IMG/VR virus record: IMGVR_UViG_3300047546_001263
Location: 37,261-101,260 of that record
DNA: 64,000 nt
Origin: a virus
Direction: 5' to 3' (one strand)
Position numbers and translations under genes: made by a program
Shown: positions 47,672-57,309 of the stretch, in pieces
How positions within the stretch are numbered: the first letter of the stretch is position 1
Layout: each line of letters starts with the position of its first letter
The notes under the pieces: model-generated
Databases searched by the model: none
The model's input: the letters and a program-made list of their open reading frames with translations, nothing else
Told to the model about the DNA's origin: nothing

Positions 47672-48733
47672 TTATACGTAAATGAATATATCCTCTCCTT
47701 CTACTCTAATGTTTCCAACGTGATCTGCTTCTGCTGTAGCAGCATCTGCTGAAGTACCTGCAAATACACCTCCTATATAGTAAGATGGAGTTTGTGCTCC
47801 TGTTGCATTAGAAGCCATGTTACCAACAATTGCAAGACGTCCGTCGTTGCTGTTGTAACTAGCATCCCATATTAAACCAGCACCTGATTGAGCAGTACCG
47901 TTAGAACCACCAAATACGAAACCTGAATCCGCTGTTGCAGCTGAACCAGAGTTTAATAAAATGAAAGCATCTTCTACATCTAAGTTAGTTGTATTGATGT
48001 TTGTTACAGTACCTTGTACGTCTAAGTTACCTTGTACTGATAAATTACCTGTAATGTTTACATTATCTGGTAATCCAATAGTGATTGTCTGTCCAGAAGC
48101 AGCTGCAGTTACTTCGTTAGCTGTACCTACGATAGATAATGTTTGATTACCTAAAGCTACTGAACCTCCACCTGTTGAACCAGAAATGTTTAATGTAGTA
48201 CTAATGTTTGCAGTACTAGCAGCAGTTAAACGACCGTCAGCATCTACTGTGAATGTAGGGATTGCTGTAGCACTACCGTAAGAACCTGCAGTTACTGCTG
48301 TAGCTTTTAAGCTAATTTTATTACTACCATCAAATTCGATAGAAGTTCCGTCTACTGAAGCAGAAACTTGTAAGTTATTACCGCCAATAGTACCAGAAAC
48401 TACTATACCTTTACCTGCTGTTAAACCAGTACCTTCAATAGCTGTAATCTGAGAATCTAATCCCGAGATTGCACTATCAACAGAAGCTGTATAAGCAGTA
48501 AATCCTGTAGTTTGTGAAATTGTAATCTGAGAAGATCCAGATACTAATGTAGGTTTACCTGTAATGTTAGCAAATGCTACTGAATCAGCTGATAAACCTG
48601 TTAATCCTGAACCGTCTCCTTTAAATGAACCGGTGATAGACTGGTTAGCCACCCCGTTTCTTGCATAATTTAAGTCGTTTACTAACTGGCTTATATTACT
48701 ACCAGAAACGACGAGTTTTTTCCACTGTGCCAT
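47672..48733 (-). CDS. Fibre-like structural protein
   Basis: [13 protein letters not shown]-terminus paralogous to 46495-47367; [21 protein letters not shown] and [14 protein letters not shown] fibre motifs. Confidence 0.75.
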   Translation of the reverse strand: MAQWKKLVVSGSNISQLVNDLNYARNGVANQSITGSFKGDGSGLTGLSADSVAFANITGKPTLVSGSSQITISQTTGFTAYTASVDSAISGLDSQITAIEGTGLTAGKGIVVSGTIGGNNLQVSASVDGTSIEFDGSNKISLKATAVTAGSYGSATAIPTFTVDADGRLTAASTANISTTLNISGSTGGGSVALGNQTLSIVGTANEVTAAASGQTITIGLPDNVNITGNLSVQGNLDVQGTVTNINTTNLDVEDAFILLNSGSAATADSGFVFGGSNGTAQSGAGLIWDASYNSNDGRLAIVGNMASNATGAQTPSYYIGGVFAGTSADAATAEADHVGNIRVEGEDIFIYV

Positions 48734-48779
48734 GTTATGTTTTTAAGTTAATTTTCGTTGTTAATAAATATAGTTAATT

Positions 48780-49142
48780 TTACAATCCAAAATAAAAAGC
48801 ATTATCTGCTCCATAATATATACTACCTGTAATCGGTGTAGGAGGTACTGAAAAAGGATGTAATACTACAACACCTTGTTCATTTACTTTAAATTTATCT
48901 TTACCGTCTACATTTACTGCAAAATACTTCGAAACTCCATCTAGTTTTAATCTAAAAGACCCTGTTATGTGTATATCTGTAGTAGCTGATGCGTAAGATC
49001 CTGTTTTATTAAAGACAGAAGCATCAATAGTAGAGATAGGCTGTCCGTTTAGGGTAAAACTACCTAATACATTCAATGAACCTGTTAAATCTCCAGATCC
49101 ACTAAGGTGAGGACTAATCTGTTTCCACTGTATTAATGCCAT
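48780..49142 (-). CDS. Small structural hypothetical protein
   Basis: MALIQWKQI N-terminus and TGS motifs like the neighbouring fibre proteins. Confidence 0.6.
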   Translation of the reverse strand: MALIQWKQISPHLSGSGDLTGSLNVLGSFTLNGQPISTIDASVFNKTGSYASATTDIHITGSFRLKLDGVSKYFAVNVDGKDKFKVNEQGVVVLHPFSVPPTPITGSIYYGADNAFYFGL

Positions 49143-49143
49143 C

Positions 49144-50379
49144 TTATGCTAGTTTTCCAATTAAAGTATATTCATCAATAGATTCGATGGCAAAACCTAA
49201 GGTATTGTTAAAAGTAACTACCAAATTACCACCAACTTGCTCTATTGTATCGATTGCATCTGTTTCAACAATCATACCGTTAATAAATACTTGGAAATTA
49301 GATTTATTTAATGGAGGGAATCCTGCAGGAGTCTCTGCTAACTGCTGTCCTGTAAAGGTTAGTGTTTTTGCTCCTGTATTTACTACTGTATTTACAGAAT
49401 TACTTGTAATTACTTTCTGTAATGTTACGTATGCTTTTTGTTCTGATGTCATAGACTCTTCGATTGTTGTTAAATTTAAAGTCTCACTTGCTTTATCGTA
49501 AAATCTTGCTTTTCCTTTCACGGCTTGTGTGGCTGTTTGTGTTTCGATATTAGAAACCATTTCAAAACCGAAGTTAACTGCAGATTTAGAGTAAAATTTA
49601 TTCATACCTCTTACAGTTGCATTTATAGAGTCAGGAACTATATGTCCTAACAGCTTTATAGTAAAAGTAGTCTTTACAGTACGGTCATTACCGGCTGCTA
49701 ACTCTGTAGTTTGTGCATAACTATCAATCATTGCTCTAAAACTAAACCTTTCCGGGTCTCCCCAGTAAGAATCTGATGCAAAGTTGATAGCTTCAACTAA
49801 TTTATTCATCTGTTCTACATAATCTGTAAAGATTATACAGGAATATGTGATATCTACGAAGTCTGGCATAACTACTGCGTAGAATTCTTTGACTTCATCT
49901 CTATTATTTAATAAACTAAAGCGGTCATATACGTTTTTCTTAGAAAACTTCTTTTCAAATACACCATAGTTTAGTGGATTGTTAGCATCTAACTTGTTTC
50001 CGTAGCTTCTATTCTTTTCTACAGAGTCTCTTTTAAACATTATCAAAGGAGTTTGTATTTTTCCTCCTTTATCTCTATAGAAACCATCTTTCTGTACTGC
50101 TGCCCAACGTTCTGGTGAACCGTATAGTAATGGAACTTCTTTTTTTATACCATTCTGTATTACTGATGGTCTTATTACTTTAGTAAAGTAGTAGAATATA
50201 GTCTCATCTATGTCCTTTAACCCTAAAGAGAATTGTTTCACATCATCATTCTTTACAGTCTTCTGTAATTCTCTTCTTTTATTATCAACAGATAGCGATT
50301 TACCTGTATTCAGTAACGGATCCACATGACTTTGTGCAATCTCTAACTGTGTTTTAGGTATAGGTTTATTATTAGACAT
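49144..50379 (-). CDS. Tail terminator/neck protein (T4 gp15-like) with C-terminal extension
   Basis: VPLLYGSPERW..PLIMFKR..QMNKLVE; follows the gp13/gp14-like genes. Confidence 0.55.
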   Translation of the reverse strand: MSNNKPIPKTQLEIAQSHVDPLLNTGKSLSVDNKRRELQKTVKNDDVKQFSLGLKDIDETIFYYFTKVIRPSVIQNGIKKEVPLLYGSPERWAAVQKDGFYRDKGGKIQTPLIMFKRDSVEKNRSYGNKLDANNPLNYGVFEKKFSKKNVYDRFSLLNNRDEVKEFYAVVMPDFVDITYSCIIFTDYVEQMNKLVEAINFASDSYWGDPERFSFRAMIDSYAQTTELAAGNDRTVKTTFTIKLLGHIVPDSINATVRGMNKFYSKSAVNFGFEMVSNIETQTATQAVKGKARFYDKASETLNLTTIEESMTSEQKAYVTLQKVITSNSVNTVVNTGAKTLTFTGQQLAETPAGFPPLNKSNFQVFINGMIVETDAIDTIEQVGGNLVVTFNNTLGFAIESIDEYTLIGKLA

Positions 50380-50382
50380 CTA

Positions 50383-50871
50383 TTATATAGTTACTTGTGT
50401 TATTCCTACCTTTTCTGCTCTTGTTAGGTGACATTTAACTATAATAGATACAGAACTTCCGAATCTAGATCCATATTCTGTGAAATTATAGCTACTATCT
50501 CTACCTAAGAATAGTTGATTCTCTACAACAGTATCTACTTCGTAGTAGTTTTCATGCCAAAGTAAGATATCTCCTACTTCCGGTACTACATTTACATCAA
50601 CTAAGTCTTGTCTTATGAAAGCAAAAGATGCTTCTCTTGTTAAATCTGGTCCAAAGTCATCATCTGTTATTACTTGATCGCCTCTAGTAATGAAACAGTT
50701 TAATTTTACTGCATCCCAGAAAGACTTTGTAAGAGCTTCTCCGTAAAGATTAGCTTCAGTATCTTCTACACTGAATTTATAGTATAGAATCTCTTGCTCA
50801 ATTATATCTTTGAGTAGTTCTCTACCTATATTAGTTAGTAATCCAAAGTCTCTTGTACTTCCAAATATCAT
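50383..50871 (-). CDS. Head closure/neck protein (T4 gp14-like)
   Basis: NLYGEA..PEVGDIL.W..YYEV. Confidence 0.65.
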   Translation of the reverse strand: MIFGSTRDFGLLTNIGRELLKDIIEQEILYYKFSVEDTEANLYGEALTKSFWDAVKLNCFITRGDQVITDDDFGPDLTREASFAFIRQDLVDVNVVPEVGDILLWHENYYEVDTVVENQLFLGRDSSYNFTEYGSRFGSSVSIIVKCHLTRAEKVGITQVTI

Positions 50872-51173
50872 TTTACCTCAATTGTTTTAGGTGCAAACTC
50901 AAATTTGGTTATTTGAGGGATTTTTGATAACGAAACTTGCTTCAACTTAGCAAAAGCTGGTTCAGCTTGTTGTTTTGTAATGATTTTCATCTTCATTACT
51001 GCTGTATTGTTAGCATCATTATGAGATACCTGAGTTACTGTTATAACTCCTGGTAAAGCTCTCATTAATTCACCTGTTTCTTGTATAGTTACATCAGGGT
51101 TTATAGTAATTCTTACTAAACCTTGGTATGTATTATACTCCTCTTCAGTTAATATGTTAAGTAATTTTATCAT
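50868..51173 (-). CDS. Hypothetical protein with N-terminal LxE motif
   Basis: 101 aa, MIKLLNILTEE; ATGA overlaps with both neighbours. Confidence 0.65.
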   Translation of the reverse strand: MIKLLNILTEEEYNTYQGLVRITINPDVTIQETGELMRALPGVITVTQVSHNDANNTAVMKMKIITKQQAEPAFAKLKQVSLSKIPQITKFEFAPKTIEVK

Positions 51174-52360
51174 CCTACGTATATCATCATTGGTACACCC
51201 TGTAGAGTGTCGTTTAGGAATTTAGCTTCACTTGCTTTTGCTTCTAATAGAGAAGTCATATTAGTAGAAGCTAAATTAGCTCTAAGACTTTCTATTAAAC
51301 TTGTTTTTTCTGTTCTAGCATCTTGTAATAAGTCTGCTTGGTTTAAAGTAGCTTCAGATCCAGGTACCGGTAGTGATGTATACTTACCTCTTATGTAAGC
51401 TAACATCTCCTTAGCAACTGCTGCTGCATAATTATATACCCAAGCTTTTGCTGGAGCATTAAAATCTGAATATACCGGGTTTGAATACGGTACGTTAGAT
51501 ATGTTAGTAATAATGTTATTTGAGTTTGTAGAACCTCCGTAAGAAGATCCTGCTGATCCTCCTCCCAACATTACTGAATCATCAATATATCTCTTATCTG
51601 TATTTTTATAATACTCAAAAAATAATTTACCACCGTTCTTAGGAACCGGGAATAGTTTTAACTGATTACCTACTAGTTCAAAAGAATATGCTGAACGTCT
51701 TACTTGATCGTTAAATTCAATTGCTTGAACTTTTAACATATCAAAAGAAGTTGGCATTAGTAAGAAGTTTACACCCGGGCTATAAGAACCAAAGTCAAAA
51801 GCATCCATTAATGACTGGACACCTGTTCCAGTACCAGCGTATGGGTCAAAATAACGTAAGATAGCAGGAGGTGCTTCGTAGAATACTTTTCTAATTTCAA
51901 TACCCCCGGTAATACCTTGTTGTGTAGCCCATAAATTCAAATCATAAGTTTGTTGATCTGGTATAGTATCTAAAGAGCCTGAATATTTTCTAACTGTTCC
52001 ACCTACTCCTGCTTCTGTACCGTAGTTCTTGCTTATTTCAATCATTCTATTTAATGATGGTCGAACTAGGGTAGCGTTTAGGTTTATTGATGAATTACCT
52101 CCTTGTACTGAAAGGAAATTTTGTTGTATTTGCTGTTGGTATAATTCGTTCCCGTATTGTGTAATAGCTTCTTCGAATGCAGCATAGAACGAACCTGATG
52201 TAAGTTCAACATCCATCAAAGGCCAACCTAATTTTATAGCACAGTATTTCGCTACTTTATCAGCTTCGGCTGCAAATTCAACGTCTGTGTCATAAAATCC
52301 GAACGGCGTCTGCCCTGGTGCAAACTGAGATGATCCGTTCCATATCTGTATATTAGCCAT
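51170..52360 (-). CDS. Neck/head-tail adaptor protein (T4 gp13-like)
   Basis: KLGWPLMDVEL..AFEEA..KEMLAYIRGKY..ATLN. Confidence 0.7.
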   Translation of the reverse strand: MANIQIWNGSSQFAPGQTPFGFYDTDVEFAAEADKVAKYCAIKLGWPLMDVELTSGSFYAAFEEAITQYGNELYQQQIQQNFLSVQGGNSSINLNATLVRPSLNRMIEISKNYGTEAGVGGTVRKYSGSLDTIPDQQTYDLNLWATQQGITGGIEIRKVFYEAPPAILRYFDPYAGTGTGVQSLMDAFDFGSYSPGVNFLLMPTSFDMLKVQAIEFNDQVRRSAYSFELVGNQLKLFPVPKNGGKLFFEYYKNTDKRYIDDSVMLGGGSAGSSYGGSTNSNNIITNISNVPYSNPVYSDFNAPAKAWVYNYAAAVAKEMLAYIRGKYTSLPVPGSEATLNQADLLQDARTEKTSLIESLRANLASTNMTSLLEAKASEAKFLNDTLQGVPMMIYVG

Positions 52361-52394
52361 TCTTCTTTATTTTATTAATAAATAGTAACTAACT

Positions 52395-53081
52395 CTAGTC
52401 CCTATAAGTTTCATAAACCTTAAGTACTGGAGCTACTATATCATGCCTATGGTTCTTCTCTAAAGTTACTACTCTAAATCCTTTAACTTGTTCTTCTATT
52501 CGAGTTAGGAAAGAAAACCCTGTATCTTTTTTATAGTTCAAATCTATTTGAGCCATATCTCCACAGATTACCATCTTACTTCCTTTTCCTAAACGTCCTA
52601 TTACAGCTTCCATTTGGGAATGGGTAACGTTTTGGGCTTCATCTACTATTACAAAAGCATCTACAAAAGTACGTCCTCTCATAAATGCAAATGGAACAAT
52701 TTCTATTCTACCATTCTCTAAATCTTTATCTATCTTAGCCTTGTCATATAACATGTATAGATTGTGATAGATTGGTGCCAACCAAGGATCCATCTTCTCT
52801 TTAATATCTCCTGGTAAGAAGCCTATATCTTCCTTAGCTACAGTTGGTCTGGTAATAACAATTCTTTCTACTTCTCGGTTATACAGTAAATCTAGTGCTG
52901 CTTGAGCTGCTACTAATGTCTTTCCGGAACCTGCAGCTCCTCGTATTGCTGTTATTGGATTTTCTACTATGATTGCTTTCGCTAATTTTTGCTCTTCGTT
53001 TAGTTGTATTTGAAATTTAATCGGGCTTTTAGGTTTACGTTTTTCAACATACACCTCGTCGGTATGCGGTTTTGATGTCAT
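52395..53081 (-). CDS. phoH: PhoH-like ATPase
   Basis: GAAGSGKT, ITRP, IGFLPG, FMRGRTF, DEAQN, GRLG, GDMAQID. Confidence 0.95.
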   Translation of the reverse strand: MTSKPHTDEVYVEKRKPKSPIKFQIQLNEEQKLAKAIIVENPITAIRGAAGSGKTLVAAQAALDLLYNREVERIVITRPTVAKEDIGFLPGDIKEKMDPWLAPIYHNLYMLYDKAKIDKDLENGRIEIVPFAFMRGRTFVDAFVIVDEAQNVTHSQMEAVIGRLGKGSKMVICGDMAQIDLNYKKDTGFSFLTRIEEQVKGFRVVTLEKNHRHDIVAPVLKVYETYRD

Positions 53082-53144
53082 AGATCTTCTTTTAGTGAAA
53101 CAACTTTATACTCTTATAAATAGACGAGAATAATCTATATAAAC

Positions 53145-53170
53145 AAAAAAAAGAGGCCCGAAGGCCTCTC
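53145..53170 (-). terminator. Strong intrinsic terminator after major capsid gene
   Basis: Sense AGAGGCC UUCG GGCCUCU followed by a U tract. Confidence 0.92.
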
Positions 53171-53191
53171 TTTCTATTATACTATCCTAGA

Positions 53192-54793
53192 TTAGATTTG
53201 CTCTAAATCTGTGATGTAGATCTTACCATAGAATTCTGGACGGATCATTTTCTTAGCGTAACGAGTCATCAAACCTTTACGTGGAGTAAATGTTTCTGGA
53301 TCGTACACTAATGGAGTCATCATCAATGGAACGTAAGGAGCGTAAACCGCACCAGCCTCCAAGAATTGACCACCACGGAAGCCCATTAAGATGGTATTTT
53401 CAGTCATGTAAGGGTTTTTGTAAACCTTAAAACGGCTGTTTAAGTTACCAACTTTCTGAACACCCATTGCAAACTCCATTTTGTCGCCGTTTGTATCAGC
53501 AGCATATCCTGGAATAGATTCTAAGATAGTTGCAACGTTAGGAGAACATACTAAGAAGTTAGCACCACCACGTAATGTCTTTTGGTGAATTTTGTTAGAT
53601 ACTTTTTGGATTTTAGTACCTAAAGTTTGGAACCACTGACCTTGTGTGTTGTAGAAGTCAGAAGTTGAAGTAGTCCAAGCTGAACCATTCCAAATTTTGT
53701 TGTTTTCTACAGACCATTTTTCAGTAGTACGAGCATCTTGAATCAACATGTCGATCAATTCTAAGTCGATCTCCATAGAGATATATTCGCTCAACAATGA
53801 AGTCAATTCAGCTTCAGCGTCAATGCTATGGTAAGCATTTAAGTCTTGAGCGAATTCTGGAGTCCATTGTGCTTTCAATTTACGAGTCTTAGCAACAACT
53901 GCTTCAGAACGTAATTGAACGTCGATTTCAGGGATTGTGATAGAAGTATCTACTGCAGCAGAAGAGTTAGCTTCGAAATCACCACGTGCATTATCAACTG
54001 GTTGTTTGTGGTAAACAACGTCGAAGTTAGATGAACCAGCAGAACCAGTAGCACCAGCTGCTTTAGTGATAGCTGAACCTAATACTACGAAAGATACAGT
54101 TGAAGTACCGTTTGTAGAAGTATAAGCTTTTAATGTGTTAGCGTCAACGTTAACAGAAGCAGATACTAATGCAAAAGCACGAACACCTTTAGCATCGAAG
54201 TTAGTAGCAGCAGGTAAAGTAGCTGTAACTACTACGTAGTCGCTAGGATTAACACCGCTTTCAAATCCGATAGATGCTGAAGTTGCAGCAGATACTGCGT
54301 AAGCTACGTCTTCTTGAGTCTTTGTGTTCAAAGAGTAAGAGAAACGACCTACACCGTAAAGACCGCCTGTAGGATCTTGATCTTGAGTATCCAAAGTACC
54401 GTACATGTTATCGCCGTCACCGAATGGAGACTTAGCAGTACCGTATTTGAAATCCAAATAGAATACAAGACCTGAAGGTAAGTTCATTGGTTGAACTGAT
54501 AAAAAGTCTTTTGCAGAGATCTGAGCGAATACTTTACGTACTAAAGGTAAAGCAACACCAGCCCATTGTTCACCGTTACCAGCAGTAAATGTACCACCAG
54601 TACCAGTTGTGTTAGCTTCAGCAACGATTTGCTTAGCTTGGTTTTCTAGGATCATAGCCATGTTAGTCTTTTCTTTCTCTCCAGAAAGACCTTCTAACAA
54701 GCCTGATTGGCTCCACTTCTCAGCCAAACGAACTGCATCAGCAGCTTGGCTTTTGTAAGTGTTTGAGCTTTCCAATAATGAATTAATTTCCAT
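53192..54793 (-). CDS. gp23: Major capsid protein (T4 gp23-like)
   Basis: LPLVRKVF, VQPMNLPSGLVFY, AKTRKLKAQWTPEFAQDL, YAPYVPL, FTPRKGLMTRY. Confidence 0.97.
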   Translation of the reverse strand: MEINSLLESSNTYKSQAADAVRLAEKWSQSGLLEGLSGEKEKTNMAMILENQAKQIVAEANTTGTGGTFTAGNGEQWAGVALPLVRKVFAQISAKDFLSVQPMNLPSGLVFYLDFKYGTAKSPFGDGDNMYGTLDTQDQDPTGGLYGVGRFSYSLNTKTQEDVAYAVSAATSASIGFESGVNPSDYVVVTATLPAATNFDAKGVRAFALVSASVNVDANTLKAYTSTNGTSTVSFVVLGSAITKAAGATGSAGSSNFDVVYHKQPVDNARGDFEANSSAAVDTSITIPEIDVQLRSEAVVAKTRKLKAQWTPEFAQDLNAYHSIDAEAELTSLLSEYISMEIDLELIDMLIQDARTTEKWSVENNKIWNGSAWTTSTSDFYNTQGQWFQTLGTKIQKVSNKIHQKTLRGGANFLVCSPNVATILESIPGYAADTNGDKMEFAMGVQKVGNLNSRFKVYKNPYMTENTILMGFRGGQFLEAGAVYAPYVPLMMTPLVYDPETFTPRKGLMTRYAKKMIRPEFYGKIYITDLEQI

Positions 54794-54825
54794 TTTTGTA
54801 AGATTTAATTTGTTTGATTGTTATT

Positions 54826-56061
54826 TTAAATAATTCCTGCCAATTTTTGCATTCTACGAACTGTTTCAGATACTTCGTTAATTACACCTGGATTACTTGC
54901 AGTAGTTCCAGTTGCTTTACTAGCGAACCCTCTTGATTCTTTGATAGTGTTAGTTTCTTTTTTAGTTACTAAGCTCTCGCAGATAGTTTCGAATACTAAT
55001 TTTACTTCCTTAACTGTCTCAGCTTTGTCAAAGGCAGCAATGACATTTACTTGTTGTGTTTCAGATAAGTTATTTGCTTTTAATACTTTGTTTAAATAAA
55101 GTAATTTAGCGTTTAATAAATTTACTTCAGATAAGTCCTTCTTTAAAGATTGGATTGTTTCTAAAGCTTCATTCATTGAAGAAGTTTCTTCTTCTTTCTT
55201 TTTTTCTTCTAAACTCTTATACTGGTAGTCGTCAGAATGCATTCCATGTCCTTTAACAGGGTTCCATTTGCCTAACTCTTCACCGGATGGAGATTTAGCT
55301 ACCATGTAGCCATTCTCTTGTTCGAATTTAGTTCCTTCTTTGAAAGAATTTTTCCATTCTTGGAAGTTTCCATACACGCCTTCGCGGTATCCTTCCCCTA
55401 CTGGTGATTCTTCTTTTTTGTCTCCTTTTAATTCAGCTAATTTAGCTTCTAATTCAGCAATTTGTGCTTCTTTAGTTAAACCTGCTTCTTCTTCTTCTGG
55501 AGCTGGTGCACCTGCTGGAGCACCCATACCTTCTAGTTCTTTTAAAAGCTCTTCTAAGTCGATTTCTTCGCTGTCTGCAACATCTGATGCTGCTGGACCT
55601 TCTAAGTCACCGCCTGCTGGCATTTCTTCGCCAGGAATAGCTTCTTCTTCACCTGCTGGAGCGCCTGCACCCATTTCTTGAGCGATGATGTCACGAATTA
55701 GATTTTTAAAGTCTTCAACTGATAAGTCGCTTACTTCTTTATCTTCATCGGCTTCACCTTCTTCTTCTGGAGCTGCTTCACCTTCTGGTGCTTCTTCTGC
55801 TGCAGCATCGTCTTCAGATTCTTCTGAATCATCCTCCGCTGCTTCACTGAATCCTAAGTCACTTTCTGCTACTAATCCTTCTTCTGCAATTACCTCTTCT
55901 TTTTCTTCTGAACCTTCTAGTTCTTGAAGTTTAGCGGCTAACATATCTTTTAAATGAGGAGTTAAACTCTCTTCTAAAGATTGTTTTGCATTAGCGATAG
56001 CGGCTTCACGGACAGATTTGGCTTCAGCAATAGCTTGCTTGAATAAATCTTTGTTTGCCAT
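54826..56061 (-). CDS. Prohead scaffold/core protein (gp22-like)
   Basis: Very acidic and coiled-coil, many (L/I)xE sites, ends RMQKLAGII; directly upstream of MCP. Confidence 0.75.
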   Translation of the reverse strand: MANKDLFKQAIAEAKSVREAAIANAKQSLEESLTPHLKDMLAAKLQELEGSEEKEEVIAEEGLVAESDLGFSEAAEDDSEESEDDAAAEEAPEGEAAPEEEGEADEDKEVSDLSVEDFKNLIRDIIAQEMGAGAPAGEEEAIPGEEMPAGGDLEGPAASDVADSEEIDLEELLKELEGMGAPAGAPAPEEEEAGLTKEAQIAELEAKLAELKGDKKEESPVGEGYREGVYGNFQEWKNSFKEGTKFEQENGYMVAKSPSGEELGKWNPVKGHGMHSDDYQYKSLEEKKKEEETSSMNEALETIQSLKKDLSEVNLLNAKLLYLNKVLKANNLSETQQVNVIAAFDKAETVKEVKLVFETICESLVTKKETNTIKESRGFASKATGTTASNPGVINEVSETVRRMQKLAGII

Positions 56062-56186
56062 TTTACAATAAAATTGTTGTGATTTGTACGATTATTAGAA
56101 TCGTAATAGAAATTTGTAGTGTAGAATACCGTATAAAAACGGTATATTTGTATATAAATATATACTATTTCCGAAAACAGTAAAAA

Positions 56187-56732
56187 TTAGAAAAATTTAG
56201 TCAAATATTCCTTTACTTCACCACCTTTAACAGCGGCTAAAGCACTTTCTAAACTTGCTAAACTAATATTTTTTGCTTGTAAAGCCTTAACAGCAGTCAC
56301 ACCTGAAGCAATTAAGAAGATTGCTACTATGACATGAAAGATAGCGTTAGCAATATTATGAGCTTTTTTAGGATCTTTAACAAACTTATGTACAATTGCC
56401 TCAATAGGTCTAACATACAAATGATGTAATTGATCAGCTAATTTTCCCATATCTTGGAAATACTTCTCAGCTGCAGAAGGATCTTCGGGTTTAGCACCAA
56501 AGTACTGTCGTACTATTTTAGAAGCGTTTCTTCCTAAACGTGCAATTAACCCTAAAATGGCAGGTAATGCTACTATAAGACTGGCTGTAGTTATTAATCC
56601 CTCTTTAGGATCATCTGCTTTATCAAATTCTACATCAATACCTTTTGCTAGTGTTTTAAACTCACTACCTAAAGCAGCAGCTAATTGATTTACTTTGTTA
56701 TCGTCTTCTAATAGAATTTCTGCTAATTTCAT
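56187..56732 (-). CDS. Hypothetical protein with two hydrophobic segments
   Basis: MKLAEILLE N-terminus; LITTASLIVALPAILGLIA and IFHVIVAIFLIASGVTAV segments. Confidence 0.7.
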   Translation of the reverse strand: MKLAEILLEDDNKVNQLAAALGSEFKTLAKGIDVEFDKADDPKEGLITTASLIVALPAILGLIARLGRNASKIVRQYFGAKPEDPSAAEKYFQDMGKLADQLHHLYVRPIEAIVHKFVKDPKKAHNIANAIFHVIVAIFLIASGVTAVKALQAKNISLASLESALAAVKGGEVKEYLTKFF

Positions 56733-57307
56733 TACGCTCTTAGTATGTCGTTTATAATACTGTCTAATTTGCTAAATTTAGATACAGCTTGAGTGCTTTC
56801 ATTTAATGATATAGGATTCATAAAAGCTCCATGTGTAGATGGATTAGATACGAAATCCCAGCAAACTAGTTCAAAGTCTGGTTGTACTTCTAAAGTACCT
56901 TCATTTGTTTGTTGAACCGAACCAGTACCTCTAGATGAAATACCTATCGTATGTCCTGCCTTTATAATTTCTTTTACAATGTTACCTGAAGGAGTATTAA
57001 GTAATTCTACTCTACCAAATAGCTCATCTCCTTTCCACCATAATTCTTTTATGATATGAGAAGCATTTTTTAGAGAGACTATAGCTGATTCTGGATGGTC
57101 TAATTCTCCGTATGCATTGCCATTCTTTACAAATTCTTGTATATACTTATCAACTTCACGTTGTAAGATACGTTTATCGTAAACACGTCCGTTCTGGTTT
57201 TTAGCTCCAGCACGTTGCATAATACCCTCTACTTCGAATACTCCAGGTCTTTCCTTAGATTCTCTAAGAATAGGTCTAAAGCTATGTACTTCTACTAATA
57301 ATGCCAT
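56732..57307 (-). CDS. gp21: Prohead core protease (T4 gp21-like)
   Basis: KNQNGRVY, GELDHP, GISSRGTGS, DFVSNPST. Confidence 0.93.
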   Translation of the reverse strand: MALLVEVHSFRPILRESKERPGVFEVEGIMQRAGAKNQNGRVYDKRILQREVDKYIQEFVKNGNAYGELDHPESAIVSLKNASHIIKELWWKGDELFGRVELLNTPSGNIVKEIIKAGHTIGISSRGTGSVQQTNEGTLEVQPDFELVCWDFVSNPSTHGAFMNPISLNESTQAVSKFSKLDSIINDILRA

Positions 57308-57309
57308 GC

